From NCBI GenBank assembly GCA_002269645.1, contig NIVC01000381.1:186001-250000 (forward strand): 64,000 bases of DNA. The letters run 5' to 3'. Position 1 is the stretch's first letter; every line of letters begins with the position of its first letter. The position numbers and the translations under genes are program-made. The DNA comes from Macrostomum lignano (lineage: Eukaryota). Under the pieces are notes generated by a model. That model made no database searches and was not told where the DNA came from. It saw only the letters and a list, made by a program, of their open reading frames with translations. Positions 38,784 to 49,597 of this stretch are shown here, in pieces.

Positions 38784-39640
38784 TTAGGTGCCGAAAGCCT
38801 GCACTACCAAATACATTAAGGACAGCAGCCGCACAGCCACTCTTCCCTGCTCGCTGACTGAGTTGCCGCCCGTGACTGTGACGCAGCCGCTGCCGCCGAT
38901 GCAGGCGGAGCCGCCACCTCCTCCAGCCTGGCCAAATCCGAGACCTCCACCGCCTCCGCTAAAACCACCGCCGGCCCCAGGGGCTCCTTTTCTGCCTCCA
39001 GCGCTCCCGCCTCCGCCGCCACCTCCACCGAATCCGCCTCCGCCGCCACCTCCACCGAATCCGCCGTCGCCGTCACCGCCACCACCGCCACTGCCGCCAA
39101 TCCAGCCGTCAGCTTCGCTGCCGCCTCGCTCTCCATCGGGGTCGCCTCGTCTCGAGTTGACGGCTTTGCCGAGCTAGCCGGCACCGCAGCCCCCGTGGCT
39201 ATAATCATCTGGAGTGTCCATCGGGTTGTTGAAGCTCTACTTATCTGCACTGGCAGCTGCTACTGCTCACTCTTGAACACGACATCGAGCCTGTAGGCCC
39301 TCTCCCGAATCAGCTGCTCGAGATTGTCCACCGTCCACACGGATTCGCCCGCCTCGGAACCGAGAACTCGCGTCACGTGACTCGCCGTCGGTCCCGGAGA
39401 CTGCGACGCATCGTTGATGAAGACGAGTTGGCAGGTGGAGGTGCCCTCACGAAAAGCCGCCAAAGCGCAGGCTCTCATTCCGCGCATGAACAGACAGTCT
39501 GGCACCGAAGCCACATTGGTCTCGGTGATAACGTCACACTGCTCACAATTCGGTCGAGCGAGACGGGCAGGGCCGAGCGGACGCGCCTGTACTTAGTCTT
39601 TGTGCAGTTCGCTGCTGATGAAGGCAACACCTCTGCAGCT
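38784..39640 (-). pseudogene. Copy C: degenerate PAN + ALK/LTK-type glycine-rich-domain gene
   Basis: PAN exon homologous to copies A/B but with a 2-nt insertion (AGCAGT-GT-GAC, ~39537). The middle exon and the start of the last exon are absent. TGG>TAG stop at 39176-39174 in the Gly-rich frame. Confidence 0.8.
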
Positions 39641-41325
39641 TCTTTCGTGAATTAGTTGATTTTAGAGTTACTTTCTTGCATGCATACGAGTATTGCCACA
39701 GATGTTGTAGTGCTACTACGCTTCTATGGATCTGCGGTTGCTGTAGATGCATTTTAATTGTTGCTTACCTATAATTGGTTCCAAAATCACCAGCGCCAAT
39801 AGCAAACAGAAAGCCTTCATGCTACTTATTAATCCACGATAAAAATATTTTCGAGATTAGTGCCGAAGCTCGCGTGTGTTTCTCTGCAGTTTGAAATTTC
39901 CTATCTCCCAGCTGTTCCAGCCGAAATATACATCGCAAATGGAGTCGGTGTCAACAGCGTAACAGATTTTATCTCCTTATTTTTCTAATACCTGCTGGTT
40001 TAGTGTTTACTCCCACACTTTAATAAACAGCAGTCGAGATATTTAAGACGTTGATAGACATATATAGTGATTTTTCGAAATAATTGACAGGTTTCATGTA
40101 GAATTTGAGACAGGAAGCAGAGCCAGAGCATTCTCAGGAGACTTAACTCTCGAAGAAATTTAAATTATTTCTATTTCAGTGATCTTGCCCGTAGAACGTG
40201 GTAATCATGCTGTGCATTACTTGTAATTAGCTGTTCTGTCCTCCATACGAGCATCGCTCAGATAAATTGGCTTCTAATAGAAATCGTACGATTGATTCGA
40301 AACTTACTACTTTCTTGTATCATAAGCCTCTCTGTTGAAGTCTACTGGATAAACTGGACAAACGACTTACTAGACTATCCGATCCAAAGAGGCTAAACCA
40401 AACCATACAGACAAACCATAGTCACATTTTGTTCTACACACCACACCGCACCGCACAATGTCCCAGCTTGTGCGAAGAATTTCCTCAGTTGTGAAGTCAG
40501 CGAAGGCGCCGTTTGGTACAACAAAATCAACAGAACAGTTACAGGCTGTTGACTACGTTCCGGGCAATGCATTGAGTCTGGCTCAACTTTAATTTTTCGC
40601 AGAAATGCTATGCAACCAGATTTCCTCGGTCTCTTCAAGTCTCCTTCAAATTCAAACATCTAGTAAGTTAGAGGCAGCTCGTGTACTCCTCTGATGAGAA
40701 GTCGGCTCTGGATTGGCATGCCCAGATTGACATGGGAATCCTCTGTTTCTGTGCAAGCGATTCGCCACACGGCTTCAGTTTTTTACTCATGCGGATTCAG
40801 AGAGACGTAATTTATCTATCTATCCTTCTATTTTTTTAACTTCATGCGTCAACAGCAACCACACGGGGCAATGCAGAATCCAGAAGTTAATGCTAAGCTT
40901 GGTTGACGTGGAGGTTTGTCCACTTTGTGTCCTCATCCATTCAAAAGGGCTGTATAAAGGAGAGTTCAAAAGAGCGACGAACTCAACCTTCTCTGCCGCG
41001 TTTCTGCAGCTGCTGCAGAAATTTGAAAAAAACGTTGCTGAAAAAGCGGCAACGCTAAGAGTACATTTGTATTTTTGGCTGTTAAATTCAACTTGGTAAA
41101 AATAACATAAAGGTACATTTTTAACTCGAGGTTTCAGTAGAAGGGGTGGCAACGGGGTATTCATGCGCGTTGTGTATCAAAATATAAAATATTGAAACTA
41201 AAGCGCATTTGCATATCTTTGGATGAAAGCTTTAAAACAAGCGGCTAAAGAAATAAAATATGGCTTTTTGTTATTTTGTTATTGGTTAAAATTAAAGGCA
41301 AACTTTGCCATTGTCCACGTATACT

Positions 41326-41621
41326 TCCCTGTATTCACGGGTCTTTTTTGGCTCGCTTGGTTGAAATACTCTTGACTCTTGGATTCCAGTCAAACTTCAC
41401 TTAACAACATTGAGATGAATTATGTTGAGTTCAATGCAGCAATTTCGAATGTACTCATGTAGTTTCGAAGTAGTTTCGAATGTAGTTTCGAAGTACATTC
41501 GAAATTGCTGCATTGAACTCAACATAATTCATCTCAATGTTGTTAAGTGAAGTTTGACTGGAATCCAAGAGTCAAGAGTATTTCAACCAAGCGAGCCAAA
41601 AAAGACCCGTGAATACAGGGA
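41326..41621. mobile_element. 296-bp foldback/MITE-like hairpin: 130-bp perfect inverted arms (41326-41455 and 41492-41621) with a 36-bp loop
   Basis: The arms are exact reverse complements by manual comparison. The loop holds three TAGTTTCGAA-like units. No clear TSD. Confidence 0.85.
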
Positions 41622-41645
41622 CTCGGTATAAAGCAAAATATGACG

Positions 41646-43687
41646 TCAGCACGTCGAGGATGAAGCGTGCAGCAGCCGCACAGCCACTCTTCCCTGCTCT
41701 CTGTCTGAGTTGCCGCCAGTGACGGTGATGCAACCACCGCCGCCGATGCAGGCGGAGCCGCCGCCTCCGGCAGCGTGGCCGTCTCCGAGACCACCGCCGC
41801 CTCCGCTGAAGCCGCCGCCGGCGCCTGGGGCTGCGGCTTTGCCTCCAGGGTTGCCGCCTCCGCCGCCGCCGCCGCCGAATCCGCCGTCGCCGCCGCCTCC
41901 GTCGCCGCCGCCTCCGTCGCCGCCGCTGCCGCCGATCCAGCCGTCGGCCGCGCTGCCGCCTCGCTCTCCGTCGGTGCTGCCTCGTCTCGGGTTGACGGCC
42001 TTGCCGAGCCAGCCGGCACCGCAGCCGCCGTGAGTGTAGCCGGACCCAGTGCGGCTCGGAGTGTTGGAGCCCGGAGCCCCGTTGGTTCCACCAAAGCCGT
42101 TGAAGCCGGAGTACGAGCCAATCGTGTCCGAACCGTTGCGTCCGGCCTCACCAGGCAGTCTTGTTGTTTGGATCGTTTAATTGGTTTGAGTACCATCTCT
42201 GTTGTAATGTTGCAGTGCTTCTTACTGCTTAAAAACTTGACTAGTCCTTGATCCTGGCTGGTTTCATGTGTTGCTAGAACTTCTATCATGGTTCTATCTT
42301 TCAATAAAGTCAATAGGATAAACTATACATTGATACCCCAAACCAAGTGTGCCTAAACGAGAGTTGGAAAACCTGGCGTCATTTGCAGTGCAAGTTAGCT
42401 GAAGTCAATCGCTCCACCAATGCTGGTTTTTAATTTTGCTCAGTTGTTTGTCCTACACAGCAATGCTTCTTAAATTCTTAGATTTATCGTTCAAATGTAT
42501 CACCAGGAGCAATACAAAATTTCCAACTACACTTAACGGGAAGTGAGCTTCTCTTTTTACCACAACATGGTACTTTGGGCCTCACTCAGCATATGTACTA
42601 TACACGGGTGAGCATATATTTTCAACTCACTATAAGAAGTATATTCACACAAAAATGTGGCGTCTTAGTGGTATCGCTGAAACCTCGACTGCTTTGAGAA
42701 CCTGTCAGATGCAAAGCACACGTCGCTGACCCACTGAAGACATCCCGGCTTGCACGAAAGCGAGTTTGTCTGTGGCAAAAACACCATTTCGGGAAACTCC
42801 TCACCGTTTCTACCCGTGGCGCCACCGCCGCCGCCGCCCGCAGCCAGCAGCAGCCGAGTCTCCGATCCGTCGCTTGTCCACACGAAGCTGCCGCCGCCTC
42901 CGCCAGGCGCAGCGCCGTTCACCGATTCGTCGCTGCCCGCCTGTCCAACTGCGATGTCCAGTCGGGTTCCGGCCGTCAGGCTGAAGTTGGCAGCCGCGGT
43001 GGCTCCGTGGCCTCCGACGGTGCCTTTGGACAGCTTGCCGCCGCCTCTGGCTCCGGCGGCCTCGATGCGGTAGCAGCCGGTGACGCCGATCTGCAGGTGC
43101 TGGACGGACCCGCTGCTGCCCGTGGACGAGTCTGCAATTATAACAACGCGTAGAAAACAGACCTTCTGATCTCAGCTGCATCCAATTGATTATATTTGGA
43201 ATATGCCAGCAAAATATAAGGATACTGATATCTGCACTGGCAGCTGCTACTCACTCTTGAACACGACATCGAGCCTGTAGGCCCTCTCCCGGATCAGCTG
43301 CTCGAGGTTGTCCACCGTCCACACGGAGTCGCCCGCCTCGGAACCCAGAACTCGCGTCACGTGACTCGCCGTCGGTCCCGGAGACTGCGACGCATCGTTG
43401 ATGAAGACGAGTTGGCAGGTGGAGGCGCCATTGGGAACAACCGCCACAGCACAGCCTCTCATTCGGCACCTGAGCAGACAGTCTGGCACGGAAGCCACGT
43501 TGGTTTCGGTAATGACGTCACTGCTCACGGTCGGGTCGAGCGAGACGGGGAGGACCGAGCGGACGAGTCTCAGAGGCTTGCAGCTGGGTGCAGCTGTCTG
43601 CGGCGTCTGCGATGCAGCAACTGCAGCGAGGCAGCAGAGCAGATAGAGCTCCGTCAGCACTGAGAGGCCATCATTGAAGCCAAACAT
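41646..43687 (-). CDS. Copy B: secreted PAN + ALK/LTK-type glycine-rich-domain protein with a mutated last 3' splice site. Exons 43687-43255, 43131-42805, 42160-41646
   Basis: Same exon 1 and 2 sizes as copy A (433 and 327 nt) with open frames. The last acceptor reads CAACAA|G instead of CAACAG|G (plus-strand T at 42161 vs C at 45961). Confidence 0.7.
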
Positions 43688-44386
43688 TTTTCCGGCTGGT
43701 AGAGAAGCGACTCAGAGTCAAAGTCTACTGTATCGGAAAATTTTTAATTGAGAGAGAACGACGGGGGACGGTGGGGAGCTGAGTTTATAGCTTGGATAAT
43801 AAAGAATGAGGTATGCGTGGGCCGCTTGATCATTATCTCTATCTACTGTCAGCTGAGGTCCGCTAATTAGCTGCATGCAAAAATTATGCAGCCAACGATG
43901 CGTATTTGCCATTTGCATCAGAAATGTTGTGTGTGGCTTTTTAATGAAGCTAACAGCAGCGCACCAGGAATGCTAAAACAAAAATGCTATTTCTCTTACG
44001 ATGATGGGGTTGAAGTCTTTGCATTGAGTTGATTGGGCATAAAGTTTTGCAATACTGCTTTTAGTTTGCTGCCCAGTAGGACAATCGAATGCACACTTTA
44101 TTTTCTGGCGTTTAACAGTTGCTATTCCTGTAAGACTGTCAAAAAAACCTACTGCAGATAGACTAAAGCATGCCCGTGCGTATGACTCAAGGACTGCTCA
44201 AGTAGAATGACGGGAAACTGCGATTCAAAAGATGAACATTGGCTCTGCCTCCTATCGAAAGCAATAACAATTTCAATATGAAAAAAGTGAAAACTTCCCA
44301 TCTCCGTAGGGTATTTTTCGGCGAAAACCGGCTTCCTTATGTTTCTCCAAGAAACGTCTTTTTTTCTTGAGAATTCCTTGGTATGA

Positions 44387-44534
44387 CTGCGTACGTACCC
44401 GCGCGCGTGTGCTGCTCAGGGGAGGCGGCGGTATGGGCAGGGCAGCAATGCCTCTCGGCGGTTGTGAGACAATGTCGCTTGATGTGCGCCAGGGTGCACA
44501 CAGACCCCTGCCTCTAATGCCTTCAATAAAAAAA
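44387..44534 (+). mobile_element. 5'-truncated copy of the SINE-like element at 27293-27656
   Basis: Aligns with the 3' half of the first copy (CTGCGTACGTA...CTGCTCAGGGGAG...AATGCCTCTCG...GTGCACACA...CCCCTGCCTCTA) and ends in an A-run. Confidence 0.7.
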
Positions 44535-44619
44535 CTAAAGTACTAATAATCTTTTAAAATAAACAGGCGCAAAAGGCAAATACTTGATCAATTTTCTTGA
44601 TAAATATTGGCCGCCTTCT

Positions 44620-44790
44620 GTTTGTTTGCCGGTAGCCTTTTGGTTGTTTGTCGGTTGCCTTTTGGTTGTTTGCCGGTAGCCTTTTGGTTGTTTGTCGGTT
44701 GCCTTTTGGTTGTTTGTCGGTTGCCTTTTGGTTGTTTGTCGGTTGCCTTTTGGTTGTTTGTCGGTTGCCTTTTGGTTGTTTGTCGGCTGT
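44620..44790. repeat. 22-bp minisatellite (GGTTGTTTGTCGGTTGCCTTTT)
   Basis: Direct reading. Confidence 0.92.
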
Positions 44791-45004
44791 TTATCAGTTT
44801 TTTATGAATGGGCATCCGTGAGACCATTGATTACCATATGAGACGTAATTACCTGTTCTTAAAAACCTAAATTACTCAATTACTCATTCACTAAAATAGA
44901 TCAATAATCTTGCTCTGATGCAAAACACCGAACTACGAGCTGTGTAAATTTCGCAGTGCTACAGAGTCACAATCAATTGTGCCAGCTACTAAATCTAAAA
45001 GACT

Positions 45005-45185
45005 TGTACTTTATTACACACGCTCACTCAGGGTCAGGCATGTACAACTCTGTGGCCCTGGGGTTGCCACTCATAACTGGCCAATTTTCGTGCACAGAGA
45101 AGCCCCAACTGAGTGTCACCGCTCCAATCGAACCAGGGGTCTCGCTGGTTACAGTTAAGCCGCTCCGCTCGATAAAGAATCAACC
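45005..45185 (-). mobile_element. Diverged tRNA-related SINE-like fragment
   Basis: The minus strand has B-box-like GGTTCGATT and shares motifs TTGGGGCT, CAACCCC and GTACATGCCT in the same order as the body of the 27293 element. Confidence 0.4.
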
Positions 45186-45466
45186 AGGATTATTGTGAAA
45201 ATAATGACCAAGGTCCGTAGGGCCAATAAAGTCAGGGTTCCTTTGATATTGAATGTTCATCCAATTAAAAATTGAATTAAAGCGTTTTCAAAGATTCTGC
45301 AACTGCTGTTGACAGGCGCACCTCAAGAGGCTCCGTGGCCTTCAACAGAATTTTAAAAGAAAAAAGATCCATTTATGTCAGTAACATTGACACTTTCAAA
45401 TTAGCAACGAACTCTTCAAGTTTAATTAATTCTGCACGGGGCTGTCAGTAACCGGTTATTCGAAGA

Positions 45467-47486
45467 TCAGCACCCATCGGGAGGAGCAAGCAGCCGCACA
45501 GCCACTCTTCCCTGCTTGTCTGAGTTGCCGCCAGTGACAGTGATGCAACCACCGCCGCCGATGCAGGCGGAGCCGCCGCCTCCTCCAGCGTGGCCGAATC
45601 CGAGACCACCGCCGCCTCCGCTGAAGCCGCCGCCGGCGCCTGGGGCTGCGGCTTTGCCTCCAGGGTTGCCGCCTCCGCCGCCGCCGCCGCCGAATCCGCC
45701 GTCGCCGCCGCCTCCGTCGCCGCCGCTGCCGCCGATCCAGCCGTCGGCCGCGCTGCCGCCTCGCTCTCCGTCGGTGTTGCCTCGTCTCGGGTTGACGGCC
45801 TTGCCGAGCCAGCCGGCACCGCAGCCGCCGTGGGTGTACCTGGACCCAGTGCGGCTCGGAGTGTTGGAGCCCGGAGCCCCGTTGGTTCCACCAAAGCCGG
45901 TGAAGCCGAAGTACGAGCCAATCGTGTCCGAACCGTTGCGTCCGGCCTCACCAGGCAGTCCTGTTGTTTGGATCGTTTAATTGGTTTGAGTACCATCTCT
46001 GTTGTAATGTTGCAGTGCTTCTTACTGCTTAAAAACTTGACTAGTCCTTGATCCTGGCTGGTTTCATGTGTTGCTAGAACTTCTATCATGGTTCTATCTT
46101 TCAATAAAGTCAATAGGATAAACTATACATTGATACCCCAAACCAAGTGTGCCTAAACGAGAGTTGGAAAACCTGGCGTCATTTGCAGTGCAAGTTAGCT
46201 GAAGTCAATCGCTCCACCAATGCTGGTTTTTAATTTTGCTCAGTTGTTTGTCCTACACAGCAATGCTTCTTAAATTCTTAGATTTATCGTTCAAATGTAT
46301 CACCAGGAGCAATACAAAATTTCCAACTACACTTAACGGGAAGTGAGCTTCTCTTTTTACCACAACATGGTACTTTGGGCCTCACTCAGCATATGTACTA
46401 TACACGGGTGAGCATTTATTTTCAACTCACTATAAGAATTATATTCATACAAAAATGTGGCGTCTTAGTGGTATCGCTGAAACCTCGACTGCTTTGAGAA
46501 CCTGTCAGATGTAAAGCACACGTCGCTGACCCACTGAAGACATCCCGGCTGGACGAAAGCGAGTTTGTCTGTGGCAAAAGCACAATTTCGGGAAGCTCCT
46601 CACCGTTTCTACCCGTGGCGCCACCGCCGCCGCCGCCCGCAGCCAGCAGCAGCCGAGTCTCCGACCCGTCGCTTGTCCACACGAAGCTGCCGCCGCCTCC
46701 GCCAGGCGCAGCGCCGTTCACCGATTCGTCGCTGCCCGCCTGTCCAACTGCGATGTCCAGTCGGGTTCCGGCCGTCAGGCTGAAGTTGGCAGCCGCGGTG
46801 GCTCCGTGGCCTCCGACGGTGCCTTTGGACAGCTTGCCGCCGCCTCTGGCTCCGGCGGCCTCGATGCGGTAGCAGCCGGTGACGCCGATCTGCAGGTGCT
46901 GGACGGACCCGCTGCTGCCCGTGGACGAGTCTGCAATTATAACAACGCGTAGAAAACAGACCTTCTGATCCCAGCTGCATCCAATTGATTATATTTGGAA
47001 TATGCCAGCAAAATATAAGGATACTGATATCTGCACTGGCAGCTGCTACTCACTCTTGAACACGACATCGAGCCTGTAGGCCCTCTCCCGGATCAGCTGC
47101 TCGAGGTTGTCCACCGTCCACACGGAGTCGCCCGCCTCGGAACCCAGAACTCGCGTCACGTGACTCGCCGTCGGTCCCGGAGACTGCGACGCATCGTTGA
47201 TGAAGACGAGTTGGCAGGTGGAGGCGCCATTGGGAACAACCGCCACAGCGCAGGCTCTCATTCGGCACCTGAGCAGACAGTCGGGCACCGAAGCCACGTT
47301 GGTTTCGGTAATGACGTCACTGCTCACGGTCGGGTCGAGCGAGACGGGCAGGGCCGAGCGGACGAGTTTCAGAGGCTTGCAGCTGGGTGCAGCTGTCTGC
47401 GGCGTCTGCGATGCAGCAACTGCAGCGAGGCAGCAGAGCAGACAGAGTCTCAGCCACAGTGCGAGGCCGTCTTTGAACGGCAGCAT
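45467..47486 (-). CDS. Copy A: intact secreted PAN/apple + ALK/LTK-type glycine-rich-domain protein (~417 aa). Exons 47486-47054, 46930-46604, 45960-45467
   Basis: Signal peptide (MLPFKDGLALWLRLCLLCCLAAVAA); PAN-like NVASVPDCLLRCRMRAC...TCQL; GRD motifs GCYRIEAAGARGG, LDIAVGQAG, GGGGGSFVW, LLLAAGGGGGG, GGFGGGGGG, GAGGGFSGG, GGGGS. Phase 1/1 GT-AG introns; no TM or kinase. Confidence 0.85.
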
Positions 47487-47864
47487 AGCTAGTCTTGATG
47501 AATGGAGATGATGCTTCAAAAAATATTTGCATTAGAACAAAAGGAAAATTCACAGCAGTTGCAGTATTTATTATTGAACGGAAGGCAATTACTTTCATTG
47601 CATTGCCGTGGCAAACACATGTTGGGAAATTAAACAAAATTAAGAATTCAATACTTGTAAATTCACTTCAGCTAGAGCCTGCATTAGGCGTACTGACGAA
47701 AGTGAAGCCTAATTAGGAAAGACGGATCTCTAGTGCTAATGAGGAAACACAAGGCCGTAAGTGTCCAATTACATCTGCTTTTGTGGGTGTATGACATCTG
47801 TGGAATATTACACACGGGGTGGGCAACTGCTTATGGAGGTTTTTCTGCACCAAAAAAGCCAAAT

Positions 47865-48770
<906 letters not shown>

Positions 48771-49597
48771 TCTCAAAATAAACCAGAAATTAAGTTTGCA
48801 TGTTCTGCAGATTTTATTACTACCCGTTTTTGTATTTCAATGATTAGCTCGTGCATGTACGAATATTTTAGAATTTTTGGTTGTTTGAAAATACTTTTAT
48901 ATTATGTATCTCAGTGACTGTACAGTAATAGATATGTACTCATAAATGTTAAGAAGAGTGACACGTAAACATAAGTTTACAATAACATGTTCACTTGATG
49001 CATTTCATGTAAGTGGCATCGTCACAACCACAGCGTGATGCAATCTGAATAAAAACACTGTTTCACAAGGTAGTGAGGGAATTGAGAGAAGCTGTAAGAT
49101 AGGCGAATGGGGAGGCGAGGAAAAAAAGAAAAAAAGAGGAGAGACGAATGACAGCAGAGAGGAAAAAAGATCTCAGGTCCCTCAGATCTCAGATGCAAAG
49201 ATCTGAGGGAGGATCAAGAGAGCTGATAGACGAGAGAAGATAAGAGAGAGGGGCAGATTCGAGTCTATTTAAGCTTTTGAGCTTTTCTTTGCGAATTACT
49301 ACTACTCACTCTCAGTACAACACTCAGCAAATCTTAGTTTATTTTAAGTTCTCCGTAGGAGGCTACATTTCTGCATTTCGGCATTCTGAGAGACGGCATC
49401 AACTAGACCGCTCAGTCACGACCACAGCTAGCTATACCCTCCCTCCTGAGCCTGAGGAACTCAGCAGACGGAGTCCCCTTTATTTTGCACCCTGCGTCTC
49501 GTTCGAGTTTGTTTGAATCGCAAAGACCAGCACCGATTTGAACAAGGAGAAGTCTGAATATCTTGAACTTGAAGTCAACATGCAATGCATGCAATCC

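Noticed and set aside
40380-41170. Short ORFs between GRD copies C and B
   Set aside because: No motif, homology or exon structure that I can support.
38788-46051. Proline-rich (formin/extensin-like) plus-strand ORFs at 38788, 41710 and 45516
   Set aside because: They are antisense shadows of the GGC-rich exons of the minus-strand glycine-rich-domain genes.
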